Positions 9,879-20,492 are shown, counted from the stretch's first letter. The stretch: DNA of 64,000 nt from an uncultured archaeon (GCA_964610875.1 CAZSWP010000001.1:64001-128000), one strand, 5' to 3'. Notes: a model not told the origin generated them from the letters alone. Numbers and translations are program-made.

Positions 9879-11546
9879 ATGACAGAAGATATACATGAAG
9901 AAGAATTCTCAATACACTGGATTGAGGACGTTGTTCAGAGCGTACTGGAAAGAGACGAAGACGAATACTTGATATCAACTGGTAAGAGTCCGAGTGGAAG
10001 TATTCACATAGGCATCATGAGAGAGATAATCATCTCTGATGTAATCAAACGTAAGATTCTGAAGATGGGGAAAAAGGCACGCACAATGTTCGTTGTTGAT
10101 GACTATGATCCTTTGAGGTCTCTACCTCCTTCTGTAAATCTCGATTTGAATGAATGGGCGGGTATTCCCTACTCTGATGTTCCTGATCCCTTTGGATGTT
10201 GTGAGAGTTTTGGAGCTCACTGGGCAAATGAACTTGTAGCGTCTTTCAACGAGTTTGGTGTAAATCCTGAGGTTGTGTATACCAGTATAATCTACACAAC
10301 TTCGGAGATGCAGAAAGCAGTGCGAATTTGCTTACAACACACTGAAACAATACGTGAAATAATGATCGAATATGTTGCAAAGGATTTCAACGAGAAACAG
10401 AAAGCAATGTATATTGAAACAATGAAAACATGGTACCCTGCATCAGTAGTGTGTCCCAAATGCGGCCGACTGCAATCTGGCGTGAAAGGAGAGATCAGAC
10501 CAAATCGTATCACAGATTACGATTCAGAAAAGGATTTGATAACATTTGAATGCCATGCATGTGGTCATAGTGATACTCTTCCTCTAGACCAGGTCAGAGT
10601 GAAGCTCACATGGCGCATTGATTGGCCTGCAAAATGGTATGTGTATCATGTTTCATGTGAACCCGCTGGAAAAGACCACTCAGTAAAAGGTGGTTCTTAT
10701 GATACGGGATTGGAAGTTTCCAGACGTGTCTTTGATTGGCCAGGCCCAGTAAAGGTGCCCTATGAGTGGGTACGAATTGGTGGGCGTGATATGAGTACTT
10801 CAGAAGGAATCGTTTTCATTCCCAAAACATGGCTTTTGATAGCTCCCCCTGAGCTATACAGATTCCTCATGTTGAAAACAGACCTTGCACGAGCAATCAA
10901 TATTCAACCAGATAGGATTCCAGACATGATCGATGAATATGAACGATTTGAAAGAACCTACTATGGTCTAGAGGATGTGGATGATGAAAGACTTATGCTT
11001 TCAAAGACACTCTATCCTCTGTGTGTACAGAATGAGGTTTCTGAGGAATACATACCAAAGCTTTCCTTCAAATTCGCAGTAGTTCTAGGACAACTTAAAG
11101 ATGTATTAGGATTAGATGTTGTTATCGAAAAATGTAAAGAAGTCATGCGTAAGCAATACAACATTAGTGAAATCCCTAAAGCTTCTATGGACCTCATTCC
11201 AATTCGATTGGAGAGAGCAAGAAACTGGGTCAAGATGTTTGGCTCTACTCGTGATCAAATAGAAGTCCACGAAGAGATTCCTGACACGATTCTTTCCACT
11301 TTCAAAGAGGAGGATAAGACATTCCTTAGAGATTTTGCAAATGCATTGAAAAATGGACCCCTTGATGATGAAGAGATACAAGCTCAAATATTTGAAACTG
11401 CAAGAAATGCCGGGATAAAAGACAGACGGGCTTTTATTGCATTGTATCGTCTTCTCATTTCAAGTAAGAGTGGTCCTCGTCTTGGACCATTTCTAAATCT
11501 ATTGGGACTCGATTGGGTCATAAAGAGAATCGAAAGGGTCCTCTGA
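9879..11546 (+). CDS. lysS: Lysine--tRNA ligase, class I
   Basis: SPSGSIHIG, WRIDWPAKW, EPAGKDH, DMSTS (KMSKS equivalent), GPRLG. Confidence 0.95.
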   Translation: MTEDIHEEEFSIHWIEDVVQSVLERDEDEYLISTGKSPSGSIHIGIMREIIISDVIKRKILKMGKKARTMFVVDDYDPLRSLPPSVNLDLNEWAGIPYSDVPDPFGCCESFGAHWANELVASFNEFGVNPEVVYTSIIYTTSEMQKAVRICLQHTETIREIMIEYVAKDFNEKQKAMYIETMKTWYPASVVCPKCGRLQSGVKGEIRPNRITDYDSEKDLITFECHACGHSDTLPLDQVRVKLTWRIDWPAKWYVYHVSCEPAGKDHSVKGGSYDTGLEVSRRVFDWPGPVKVPYEWVRIGGRDMSTSEGIVFIPKTWLLIAPPELYRFLMLKTDLARAINIQPDRIPDMIDEYERFERTYYGLEDVDDERLMLSKTLYPLCVQNEVSEEYIPKLSFKFAVVLGQLKDVLGLDVVIEKCKEVMRKQYNISEIPKASMDLIPIRLERARNWVKMFGSTRDQIEVHEEIPDTILSTFKEEDKTFLRDFANALKNGPLDDEEIQAQIFETARNAGIKDRRAFIALYRLLISSKSGPRLGPFLNLLGLDWVIKRIERVL

Positions 11547-11571
11547 TTGAGGAGGTATATACCTCCCTCAA
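11547..11571 (+). terminator. Hairpin immediately after lysS
   Basis: TTGAGGAGGT-ATAT-ACCTC(C)CTCAA. Confidence 0.4.
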
Positions 11572-11630
11572 CAGCTTTATTAACACTCCAAAGATGCCGA
11601 CGGCTAAGTCTATAGGTTTGAGTGAATTAG

Positions 11631-12362
11631 ATGTTAGGTGCTTTACGAGAAAGATACCAGAAAATTATGAACCCTGTTGGGAGAATATTAGCCAAGACTG
11701 GCATCACTCCCAACATGATTACAGGTTTAACCGTCATGGTGGCAATAGTAAGCACCTATTTCTTCTATTTAGGTGACCTTCTAATTGGACTTGGATTCAT
11801 GATTTTGACAGTCGTTATGGACATGTTTGATGGTGCTGTAGCGAGAGCCTCTAATCTTGCATCTCCCTTTGGTGCAACTTTCGATCACACACTAGATCGA
11901 TATGCTGAATATTTCTTCATGCTTGGTCTAATGTCAGGACCAACAGTAATCGTTACTATCTCTTGGTGGCCATATTCTGTTGGTGATAGCTTTGTCCCGT
12001 GGTTCTGGGGATTCTTTACTCTCTTTGGCATGATAATGGCAAGTTTCTCAAGAGCAAAGGCTGAATCTGTAGGAGGGATGGATGATTGTGCTGTTGGCAT
12101 TGCTGAAAGGCAAGAGAAGTTAATACTAACTATTGCTGGAATCCTCTTGCTGGCGATTCCTGAAACAAACATTTGGGTCGACTTTTTACAATTAATCTCG
12201 ACCTCTATTGTTGACTTCTTTGTTCTAATTGATATCACCAACATTCTGACCGTATGCATTGTAATAGCTGGTATATTATCTCACATCACTGTTGCTCAAA
12301 GACTATTGTATGCTCGGAAGATGATTGTTGGTTCGGAGAGTGATTCACCCTCAGATGTATGA
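11631..12362 (+). CDS. CDP-alcohol phosphatidyltransferase (archaetidylinositol-phosphate synthase-like)
   Basis: TPNMIT, DMFDGAVAR...GATFDHTLDR signature, SFSRAKAES, GIAERQE. Confidence 0.88.
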   Translation: MLGALRERYQKIMNPVGRILAKTGITPNMITGLTVMVAIVSTYFFYLGDLLIGLGFMILTVVMDMFDGAVARASNLASPFGATFDHTLDRYAEYFFMLGLMSGPTVIVTISWWPYSVGDSFVPWFWGFFTLFGMIMASFSRAKAESVGGMDDCAVGIAERQEKLILTIAGILLLAIPETNIWVDFLQLISTSIVDFFVLIDITNILTVCIVIAGILSHITVAQRLLYARKMIVGSESDSPSDV

Positions 12363-13266
12363 TGTAACAGTAATTGGGAACCCGCTCTATAGTACAATTC
12401 GTACTCCCACCTTTAGCTCTCAAGGTCGTATTCTTAGTGGCTCTAGTCCTATGATTTCAAGAATACTCGTAGAGATTGGCGTAGAGCAATTTGTGATGGC
12501 TGGCTCAATATCCAATCAATTCCGTGATAATCTAGCTAATGACCTCTACTCATGGAATATACCCGAATTTCTGGCTATTGAAAATGACAACACTGCAGGA
12601 TTTGACATAGTTTGCAAAAACGGTGTTGAGGAAAAAATCGCTCTTATAGATCCAGGAAAAAAACTCGGCATCAAAGAGATTCCTGATGAATTTCTTGATA
12701 CCAAATATATTGTAATAGTGCCCGAGTTTCAAGAGATTGACTATGAATTCGTGAAGTGGGTTTCAAACACGACTAGTGGAAAAATAGTGCTTGATCCATT
12801 AGGAATGATGCGCAAAGCGGGCTCTGATGGGCTAGTTAGTACAAAAATTGATGAAAGCTTGTTGGAGAAGTTGGCGCGGCGCGTGGATACAATGTACCTG
12901 CGATATTCATTCTGGAACGCAATCGATGATGATCCTCTTCTTGTTGCAGAAAGAATTGTTGAATGTGGTTCACAATTATCAATAGTTGGCATTCCAAGAG
13001 AAGGAAATGTTGTATACGATGGGAGTGATTTTATAGTTTCTCCTCTTTCAGCAGAGTCAGTCAATAATGGTCTCTACACAGATAGTGCTTTTTTGGGCAC
13101 ATTTGTTGCTGCATCTTTGAGAAGCAATGACCTAATTGATAATGTGGCTCTGTCATCTAGTGTTTCCAGTCTTATATCTGAACAAGAATGTAATTCATTT
13201 AAAATTGATACTGAAAGCGCACAGAGAAGAAAAGCACAAGTCATCAATGAGTTAGTCATCAAGTGA
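12355..13266 (+). CDS. Divergent PfkB/ribokinase-fold protein
   Basis: DVTVIG start, VLDPLG, anion-hole region GLYTDSAFLG (GAGD degenerate); ATG at 12355 overlaps the upstream gene end. Confidence 0.6.
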   Translation: MYDVTVIGNPLYSTIRTPTFSSQGRILSGSSPMISRILVEIGVEQFVMAGSISNQFRDNLANDLYSWNIPEFLAIENDNTAGFDIVCKNGVEEKIALIDPGKKLGIKEIPDEFLDTKYIVIVPEFQEIDYEFVKWVSNTTSGKIVLDPLGMMRKAGSDGLVSTKIDESLLEKLARRVDTMYLRYSFWNAIDDDPLLVAERIVECGSQLSIVGIPREGNVVYDGSDFIVSPLSAESVNNGLYTDSAFLGTFVAASLRSNDLIDNVALSSSVSSLISEQECNSFKIDTESAQRRKAQVINELVIK

Positions 13267-13272
13267 GTATAA

Positions 13273-13635
13273 TTAATCAGTCAGGTCAAATACACTTTTC
13301 ATAGTGTGTGTTAGGAATCTTTTAGCTTCTTTCATAGCTTCTTTTCCCCTTTCGGTTATCTCATAGTATTTTCGTGTTGATTCTGCCTGTTCTTGTTCTT
13401 GAATCAATCCATCTTTTTGTAAGCGGTATATTATAGCATAGCCACTTACTGTTGCTGGTGAAAACCCGAAACGTGCAGTAACTAGCTCTTTAATCTCATA
13501 TCCATAATGAGGCCTTTCTTGGAGCAATCTTAGTATGTAAATCCAAAGCATCTCCTTTGTTAATTTATTCACCAGTCTATGCATTGCTTTGGCCTGGTCA
13601 TCAGGTTCCACACTTAATTTATCGCTCATCTTCAA
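13273..13635 (-). CDS. PadR-family transcriptional regulator
   Basis: LRLLQERPHYGYEI...RLQKDGLI...RKYYEITERG. Confidence 0.9.
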   Translation of the reverse strand: MKMSDKLSVEPDDQAKAMHRLVNKLTKEMLWIYILRLLQERPHYGYEIKELVTARFGFSPATVSGYAIIYRLQKDGLIQEQEQAESTRKYYEITERGKEAMKEAKRFLTHTMKSVFDLTD

Positions 13636-14221
13636 TTAACCTCTCAATTCTTGCTACCATCGTTGCAATACAATGACTCCCAAGATATTTCATTGACCCC
13701 AGTGAAATTCTCTCAATCTCAAATGAATCAAAGATCTCTTCAGTCTTAGAATCGAAGCCACGATGGTCTCCAAGCATAAAACTGTTCTGTGAAGCGATAT
13801 CAATGATGTCAGAGTAAAAAGGTTGTCCTTCTTCATGAAGAATATACAAATTCCCTGTTTCCTGAAGGAACCTAATTAGAGTGATTAGATCCATTCTCTT
13901 AACAGACATGAATTCCCTATCATTGCCATCAAGTACATCCTTGATATAAGCTGCCCAGTCCCTTTCCCCAATTATTTCTTCAGTAGGATGCCTGAATGTC
14001 AGCAGCAATTCATTCTGTATTAAAGCCATGACTTCGATTTTCTGTTGACTGTAGAAGCATCTTCCCCAAGAAAAACCCGCAGCAAGACAGCGACATAACA
14101 CATCAATTCGTTTCCCTGAACCTGGAAGGTCCTTTAAAGAAAAATTACCATCTGTTCCCATTTCAGGAAATACTATGATAAACCGCAATACACCGGATGG
14201 AACTGTCATTTGGCCTACCAT
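13619..14221 (-). CDS. trmY: tRNA (pseudouridine-54-N1)-methyltransferase, SPOUT family
   Basis: FSLKDLPGSGKRIDVLCR, LHEEG, FMLGDHRG, ISLG..YLGSHCI. Confidence 0.88.
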   Translation of the reverse strand: MVGQMTVPSGVLRFIIVFPEMGTDGNFSLKDLPGSGKRIDVLCRCLAAGFSWGRCFYSQQKIEVMALIQNELLLTFRHPTEEIIGERDWAAYIKDVLDGNDREFMSVKRMDLITLIRFLQETGNLYILHEEGQPFYSDIIDIASQNSFMLGDHRGFDSKTEEIFDSFEIERISLGSMKYLGSHCIATMVARIERLIEDER

Positions 14222-14295
14222 CTAAAGGTTTAGTTCAAGTGGAAATGAGCATTTACAAACGTATTGATAGACATCGTGAAGCGTAATCGGGAGTG

Positions 14296-14571
14296 TTACT
14301 CGTCTCTTCTATCGGAAGCCTGACGAATCTGTACTTTTCCAGTATGCACTGCACAACTAATGCAATATGTCTGTGTGATTATTTTTGTAGGTATAAATGC
14401 ACCATCTTTTCGAAGTTCTCTTGCAAGCTGTGGGTCCACTGCCGAAATACGTCTAGTTCTGCGCTTTGCTTTGTCTGCAGGGATAATTCGTCCACATTTT
14501 GAACATTGAACTGTTTTCGATTTTCCTTTTCGGCCTTTGCTACGGCCACCAGATTTTCTTTTTTTTGCCAC
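14296..14571 (-). CDS. rps26e: 30S ribosomal protein S26e
   Basis: KKRKSGGRSKG...CSKCGRIIPADKA...YCISCAVH; GTG start after GGTGGAG. Confidence 0.95.
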   Translation of the reverse strand: MAKKRKSGGRSKGRKGKSKTVQCSKCGRIIPADKAKRRTRRISAVDPQLARELRKDGAFIPTKIITQTYCISCAVHTGKVQIRQASDRRDE

Positions 14572-14644
14572 TTGTTTTCTCCACCGGATTATGGGTTTCA
14601 ACCGCGCCTGACAGGGTGACCTTAAAATCTTGTTCCTAACGTTG

Positions 14645-15787
14645 TTATTTCCAGTAGCTAGACACGAGTTCTAGCACTTTGTTGATTATTTCTGAGTTCG
14701 CCTGCCGCAAGTGTTCAAAAATATCTCTTTCAATCTGATCTTCGAATTTTGGTTTCTTTTCATCCAAGAGACCCATCATATACGCTGCAATACTTGGTCC
14801 TAATGCTAATGGATTGTATCCCCCTTCAAGTACTGAGAAGGAACCTATAGCAGAGACTCTCTCTGTTAAATTGTTGACTGTTTTGCCAAGCAGCCAAAAT
14901 GTACGACTATCCACATTCATGTTTCCAATCGGGTCTGAATAGTGTGGATCAAAACCAGCTGATACACCAATAAGATCCGGTTGAAAAGATATTACTGCTG
15001 GTACAATTATTCTCTCAATTGCTTCTTTGTAGGAAACATCATGTGTGTCATCAATCATTGGTATGTTTATGTTAGTACCCTTGGCTTGTCCAAATCCAAT
15101 CTCTTCATAGTGCCCGGTCCCAAAATTCTCATAATCGTATTCGTGGATGCTGATATATTGGACATTTGGATTGGCATAGAAAATTTCTGCTGTTCCATTT
15201 CCGAAATGGTCATCAAAATCAATAATAGATACTTTATTCACACGTTTGTCTTCTAATATTGAATTTGTTGCAATTGCTATATTGTTGAAATAACAGAGCC
15301 CTGCAGGGGTTGAGGTTGTTGCATGATGCCCTGGTGGTCGCAATAAAGAGAATGAATGCTTTGCAGATTCTTTAGTAACAACATTTGCCGCGTCAATAGC
15401 ACCACCCGCTGAGATGATTGCTGATCTATATAGGTCCGGACTAGCAAACGCTGATTCCCCTACTTGCCCGCTGCCTATACTTGACATAAGACGAATTGAA
15501 TCTAGGAGGTATTCAGAATGAACTTTTAGAATGTCCTCCTTTTTTGCTCGGGTTGCTTTTTTCATCTGTACCTTCACTAGAACTTCCACTCGTTCAAGAA
15601 ACCGTTCTACCATTTGAATTCTCAATGGATTCTCAAACGACTCAAGATGAGGTCTAGGAAACGGTGTGGTATGCAAGAGCGATTTTGGATGATGTAGAAC
15701 AACGAGTTTCTGCAACCTGACACACTCAAGTTTTCTGATGACTTGATACTTTATCACTCCTTCCTTTAAAGGAGAACTCAGGTTCAA
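14645..15787 (-). CDS. Histone deacetylase-family (Rpd3/Hda1/AcuC) protein
   Basis: RPPGHHA, GLCYFNN, DFDDHFGNGT, SAGFD, LEGGY; true start probably near 15715. Confidence 0.92.
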   Translation of the reverse strand: MNLSSPLKEGVIKYQVIRKLECVRLQKLVVLHHPKSLLHTTPFPRPHLESFENPLRIQMVERFLERVEVLVKVQMKKATRAKKEDILKVHSEYLLDSIRLMSSIGSGQVGESAFASPDLYRSAIISAGGAIDAANVVTKESAKHSFSLLRPPGHHATTSTPAGLCYFNNIAIATNSILEDKRVNKVSIIDFDDHFGNGTAEIFYANPNVQYISIHEYDYENFGTGHYEEIGFGQAKGTNINIPMIDDTHDVSYKEAIERIIVPAVISFQPDLIGVSAGFDPHYSDPIGNMNVDSRTFWLLGKTVNNLTERVSAIGSFSVLEGGYNPLALGPSIAAYMMGLLDEKKPKFEDQIERDIFEHLRQANSEIINKVLELVSSYWK

Positions 15788-17207
15788 TTTGAAGAATATA
15801 TAGACTCAATGTATTCAGTACACGTGCAGAAACATCGCTATGTGTTGTCAATTCAAGTCCGCTTATTTTGTCAGCTGAAATAACATGATTAGTGAAATGC
15901 CATGCATTGGTCCATTCCCTGTCTTGGACCGACCAGAGATGCCCTTCCTTCTCGAACACATTTTGGTGTGCTTCTCTGAATCTTTTCTCACCCTCACCAA
16001 TTCCAATGGGTGGTCCCCTACGTTTGAATGTCTTTTCAATATCGGGTGTTTCCACCATAAGTCCTAGGGCAAACCGATTTCTCTCAAAATATAATTCAAA
16101 CAATGCTTTACCAAATCGTGTTTCGCCAGTGTTTTCTTTTTCTAATGAAGACACTATTTTGTTCCCAAGACTGTAGAGTTTGTCTCTAATAACAGTATAG
16201 TGATAGGACCCATCTGAAAGGAATTCATATGCCTTGGAATGCTTAGCAGTAAGTCCTTTTAGTGGTGTTTTCGGGACCGGTCTTTCGATGACCATATTTA
16301 TGACATCGTCCCATTTTTTTCTGTTTATGGATTCAATTAGTAAAGATGTTCTAATCTTTAGCCATGAATAACATCGTGGGTCAAAACTTGATGCAGCATT
16401 TCTGTTTGGATCTGTGGGGTCGATAATAAATAGATGGTCGTCTTTGAATGCATCAATTGTTCTTAATAATGAAATATCTCTCTCTAGAGGATCGATTGGA
16501 TTGTTGTACAGAGATGATAATCTGTGGAGGGCAGGCATAATTTCTCTCTCATTGATGATCAGCATCTCTAGAGTGTATCCAGTGAATCCCATTCTACCTA
16601 TGGCGCATGCATCACCATAGACATGTGATGCACGTACAAATGACTTTAAGATTCTCACATCATTTCTTTGTCTTTCAGATATCCTCTCTACTACCCATCT
16701 AGTGTGGTGAATTGTTCTATCAACTGCAGTAATTGGGCCATTCCGCAACAGGTCTTCAGGTGATATAGAGAAACATAGAACGATGTCAACATCGATCTCG
16801 TTTAGTACCAGTGTAAGATACGGATGTTGTGAATATGTCTTTCTTACCAGTGTAGGATTGAGTTTATCAATCGCAGGTTTTATCCAATTCTCAATATGTC
16901 CATCTAGTAATGTACTGATTTCTTGGTTTTCTAGAAGAGTTTTCCCGTCATTTACAACTCCATATTCTTCCGGTGAGAGGGCAATGAAAAGATCAATGTC
17001 TCCAGCGTTTCTTAGCTGTGTCTGCTTTTTTCCCGTTGATCCCTGTGGCTCAATGAATTGATATGATATTCCCTTTTCTAGAGCTTCTGTTTCTAGTACT
17101 TCTACAAGACTATTGATAGTCTCCTTTTGCAATTCTATCTCTTGAGGAGTAGGAATTATTTGTAATAGGATGTTTTCCCGTATTTCTATTTCCAAAGCTC
17201 TGTCCAA
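15726..17207 (-). CDS. cca: Archaeal CCA-adding tRNA nucleotidyltransferase
   Basis: GSTGK...GDIDLF, HPYL, TAVDRT, GFTGYTLE, IDPTDPNRNAAS, GPP. Confidence 0.9.
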   Translation of the reverse strand: MDRALEIEIRENILLQIIPTPQEIELQKETINSLVEVLETEALEKGISYQFIEPQGSTGKKQTQLRNAGDIDLFIALSPEEYGVVNDGKTLLENQEISTLLDGHIENWIKPAIDKLNPTLVRKTYSQHPYLTLVLNEIDVDIVLCFSISPEDLLRNGPITAVDRTIHHTRWVVERISERQRNDVRILKSFVRASHVYGDACAIGRMGFTGYTLEMLIINEREIMPALHRLSSLYNNPIDPLERDISLLRTIDAFKDDHLFIIDPTDPNRNAASSFDPRCYSWLKIRTSLLIESINRKKWDDVINMVIERPVPKTPLKGLTAKHSKAYEFLSDGSYHYTVIRDKLYSLGNKIVSSLEKENTGETRFGKALFELYFERNRFALGLMVETPDIEKTFKRRGPPIGIGEGEKRFREAHQNVFEKEGHLWSVQDREWTNAWHFTNHVISADKISGLELTTHSDVSARVLNTLSLYILQIEPEFSFKGRSDKVSSHQKT

Positions 17208-17346
17208 AGTATACGCCTATAGAACATGAACCGCACAGGGCTATGAACTTTGGCGTTGCTAGAGGTAAAGGACACCATCTTTAAGGGAATGAGAAGAAAC
17301 AACTAACCTAGTCGATTTGTAGAACATTAGATGGAAAGTATCGAGC

Positions 17347-17844
17347 ATGTCAAAAATAATCACTATCGCTATTACTATCCTAAGACACAAAGGATGTTAT
17401 CTCTTTCTGAAGAGGAGAAATGCACCTTATGAAAATCTATGGAGCCTTGTGGGAGGGAAAGTAAATCTTGGGGAGCATCTATCCTTCGCAGCGGTACGTG
17501 AGATAAAGGAAGAAACTGGAGCTAAGCATGTGGAAGATTACAGGTTGCAATCTATAATTTCTGAAAGGCTCGTTGATCCAAAAGGAGAATTAGAAGCTCA
17601 TTTCATAATATTCTTGGGCAGTGCAACCATCTCTAATTTTTCCGAGGAACACAGAGAAGGAGATTTAGAAACATTTACCAAACAAGGTATCGTGGATAAC
17701 TCAGATGATTTTCTACCTTCGGATCTTGAGATGTTTTTGCGCTTTGTTGATAATACACATCATTGTATTGCATATCACGAAGCCGAATTACTCAGAAACG
17801 GGAGTGAGTACAGATTACAGTACTATAGAGAGGGACACATTTGA
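17347..17844 (+). CDS. NUDIX hydrolase
   Basis: GGKVNLGEHLSFAAVREIKEETG Nudix box. Confidence 0.9.
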   Translation: MSKIITIAITILRHKGCYLFLKRRNAPYENLWSLVGGKVNLGEHLSFAAVREIKEETGAKHVEDYRLQSIISERLVDPKGELEAHFIIFLGSATISNFSEEHREGDLETFTKQGIVDNSDDFLPSDLEMFLRFVDNTHHCIAYHEAELLRNGSEYRLQYYREGHI

Positions 17845-18815
17845 GAATCGGCGATATTGAGATAACTCCACTAGCATCTGAAAGCATGGGTGTAAGATCC
17901 TTTGCAATCTCAATAATAACACCTCATACTAAAATTGTTCTTGACCCGTCAGCAGCTCTTGGAATCAGGTCTTCACTAGATCCTCATCCACAGGAATATA
18001 GAGCCTTAGAAAGCGCTCTTGAGAGAATCTATGCCTATGTATCTGATGCTGATATTCTAACTGTATCACACTATCATTTCGACCATGTACGTCCTGGTTT
18101 TGAGAACTGGCATCTAAATTTTAGTACACGATATGAACGACAAGAGCTCTATCAAGGAAAGAAATTATTGGTTAAAGATAACCGTGAGAACATCAACCCT
18201 TCTCAGAGAAGAAGAGGCTTCTTTTTCGAGCGAGATTTAGAGAAATGCAATTGTGAAATCACATTTGTGGATGGAATGACACTTGAGTTTGGGGACACAT
18301 CAATCATGTTCTCTAAACCACTTCATCACGGTCCTGATGATTCTAGACTTGGGTATGTTTTAGCGTGTGTAATCTCACATAATGATTATTCTGTCCTTTT
18401 TGCCCCTGATGTTCAAGGCCCTTGTAGTGAAGACACCTTACGTTACCTCTTGTCAATTGACACCGATTTGCTCATTGTTGGAGGACCTCCTATATATTTG
18501 GACAAATTCGAGCAAAAATACAGGGATAAAGCGTTGTATTCACTCTGCTTATTGGGCAGTTCCATCTCTCATGTCATTGTCGATCATCATCTTCATCGTT
18601 CTTTGGAATGGTCGGATTGGCTAAATCCAGCTTTAGCTGCGGCAAAGAAAGCTAACAATCAGATGGTTTCTGCAGCTGAATTCCTGGGGCTAAAAAACAA
18701 TCTCTTAGAAGCCAGACGAGGAGAATTGTACTCTAAAGACCCTCCTGATGATGATTTCATCCATTGGACAGAAGCAACTAGAGAATACAAACAAAAAAAC
18801 AAGCCACCAATATAG
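17841..18815 (+). CDS. Metallo-beta-lactamase-fold hydrolase (UPF0282-like)
   Basis: LASESMGVRS, SHYHFDH, DVQGP, GGPPIY, DHHLHR. Confidence 0.85.
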   Translation: MRIGDIEITPLASESMGVRSFAISIITPHTKIVLDPSAALGIRSSLDPHPQEYRALESALERIYAYVSDADILTVSHYHFDHVRPGFENWHLNFSTRYERQELYQGKKLLVKDNRENINPSQRRRGFFFERDLEKCNCEITFVDGMTLEFGDTSIMFSKPLHHGPDDSRLGYVLACVISHNDYSVLFAPDVQGPCSEDTLRYLLSIDTDLLIVGGPPIYLDKFEQKYRDKALYSLCLLGSSISHVIVDHHLHRSLEWSDWLNPALAAAKKANNQMVSAAEFLGLKNNLLEARRGELYSKDPPDDDFIHWTEATREYKQKNKPPI

Positions 18816-18864
18816 ATGAATCAAAATTCAAGGGAGGACATCATAGGTTAGTTTTAGGGCAGAA

Positions 18865-19161
18865 GTGTACATCAATAATTTGGAAATGAGATCTAAGAAA
18901 CTGGTAGACTCACTCAAAGTTGATATTGACACAACAAAATATCTCCTCGGTGAGTTAGGAATAGCAACACTTGCTCTAGTCAGAAGTGGATGCACAAATG
19001 ATTGCGAGATAATGAAATTGAGTTCAATCTCTGAGAACTGCCTTGATGTCAAAATCCCGCTTCTGAACACACTTGGCTTAATTGAAATCACTAAAGGTGA
19101 GTATCATATCACTCCTACAGGTGAGGTCTTCATTGATGAGGTGTCCGGATGGGAGAATTAG
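18865..19161 (+). CDS. Small winged-helix protein
   Basis: LNTLGLIE...YHITPTGE wHTH ending. Confidence 0.6.
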   Translation: MYINNLEMRSKKLVDSLKVDIDTTKYLLGELGIATLALVRSGCTNDCEIMKLSSISENCLDVKIPLLNTLGLIEITKGEYHITPTGEVFIDEVSGWEN

Positions 19162-19562
19162 AGGAATTAACAAAAGCATCAGTGACTCCTCTTAAAGAGA
19201 ATGGGATTTCCATTGCTGGTCATGTCAAAGCAATTGGCCTTGAGGAAGGTATGGATGTCCTGATAATTAGTTCAAAGAGCAATTTTCTTCGGGTGATTCC
19301 ACTTCCTGAAGGTAGAGTTTACCAAATCCGGGTTGCCATGGACCTTGATTCCTTTACACTTACTGCTAGAAACCTATACGGAAAACTGAAGTTGCTAGAA
19401 TTACAAATAATGCATTCAACTGGATTTTGTCCACTCTCTGATGTTTGTTTATGGGAAGGGTATTTCTTAGTTACTGAAACGGATAAGATAGATAAGTTCA
19501 TTGAATGGCTTCGTTCAACAAGTTCTGTGCGTGATGTTGAAACCATAATACTGAAAGAATGA
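19149..19562 (+). CDS. Hypothetical protein, possible AbrB-like + ACT-like domains
   Basis: GISIAGHVKAIGLEEG (AbrB-like) followed by a beta-alpha-beta-beta-alpha-beta pattern. Confidence 0.5.
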   Translation: MGELEELTKASVTPLKENGISIAGHVKAIGLEEGMDVLIISSKSNFLRVIPLPEGRVYQIRVAMDLDSFTLTARNLYGKLKLLELQIMHSTGFCPLSDVCLWEGYFLVTETDKIDKFIEWLRSTSSVRDVETIILKE

Positions 19563-20146
19563 TCTCAGATTCAGAATCGAGGTGTGAAAACAGCGTGACT
19601 GAGGGTAACACAAACTCCACGAGAATCCTCATAGAGCGATTCAGAAACGCTGCTCGGGAAGCTGAGGAACACCTAATGAATGAAGAGTATCAGCAGGCTA
19701 TGGCACTCTATTATGACGCAAGCCAATCCGCTGATGAGATGACGGAACGTTTCCTTACACTACTAATGAAAACAGCTCCTAGTAATGCTCATCGTGTACT
19801 AATGGTGGAATTTTTGAGTTGGCGTCTGAGATATTTCACCGCTCAGCATGACTATCACTTTGCAGTTGCTCAAACACTAACTGGTCTCCCTCGTGAGGAG
19901 TGGATAGCTCGACTGGAAACGATACTAGTTTCGTCACAGAGTCTAGTGGGAAAATTGATTCCACTACTGGAAGAAGTTGAGGATAATGGGATAGAACGAA
20001 GGATTCGTGAGTTACTCAACGACTGGGTCAAAGGAATTCGGGAACTCGTTCAAAATCTTCAGAGTTGGGGTATGGCTAGTGCTCAAGCTGCTCAGATATT
20101 AGAGTGGGCTTTGGATAATGGATTGGAATCAAGAGGAGTACTATAA
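19559..20146 (+). CDS. All-helical hypothetical protein
   Basis: Long ORF overlapping the upstream stop; amphipathic helices. Confidence 0.65.
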   Translation: MISDSESRCENSVTEGNTNSTRILIERFRNAAREAEEHLMNEEYQQAMALYYDASQSADEMTERFLTLLMKTAPSNAHRVLMVEFLSWRLRYFTAQHDYHFAVAQTLTGLPREEWIARLETILVSSQSLVGKLIPLLEEVEDNGIERRIRELLNDWVKGIRELVQNLQSWGMASAQAAQILEWALDNGLESRGVL

Positions 20147-20160
20147 TCTGAGTTGGTTGA

Positions 20161-20388
20161 CTAATCTTTTGATGTGCCTTCAACAAAACCAACTGCAACT
20201 TCTGTATCTGCTAATTGCAAATGACTATCTACGTAACATATCAAATAATGGTCCTTGTGTTTGATGACAATTGGTGCCGGAAATCGTTTTACATCTTTTA
20301 TTGCATCTGCAGGAATTTCCCAATACAATGTCGCCTTACAAACGGGGCACTGCAACCATTTTAGCCCTTTATCTGTCATCAATACCAC
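20161..20388 (-). CDS. Small zinc-binding protein
   Basis: CPVC...HKDH.LICYVD. Confidence 0.7.
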   Translation of the reverse strand: MVLMTDKGLKWLQCPVCKATLYWEIPADAIKDVKRFPAPIVIKHKDHYLICYVDSHLQLADTEVAVGFVEGTSKD

Positions 20389-20492
20389 CTAGTTCGTGGA
20401 ATAACCGGCAAGTGTCAGTTTCAGCAATCGTACTAAAAACGCTTTCTACTGTGTTTACCTATTAACGTATGTGTGATTAAGTAAGAGAAAAA

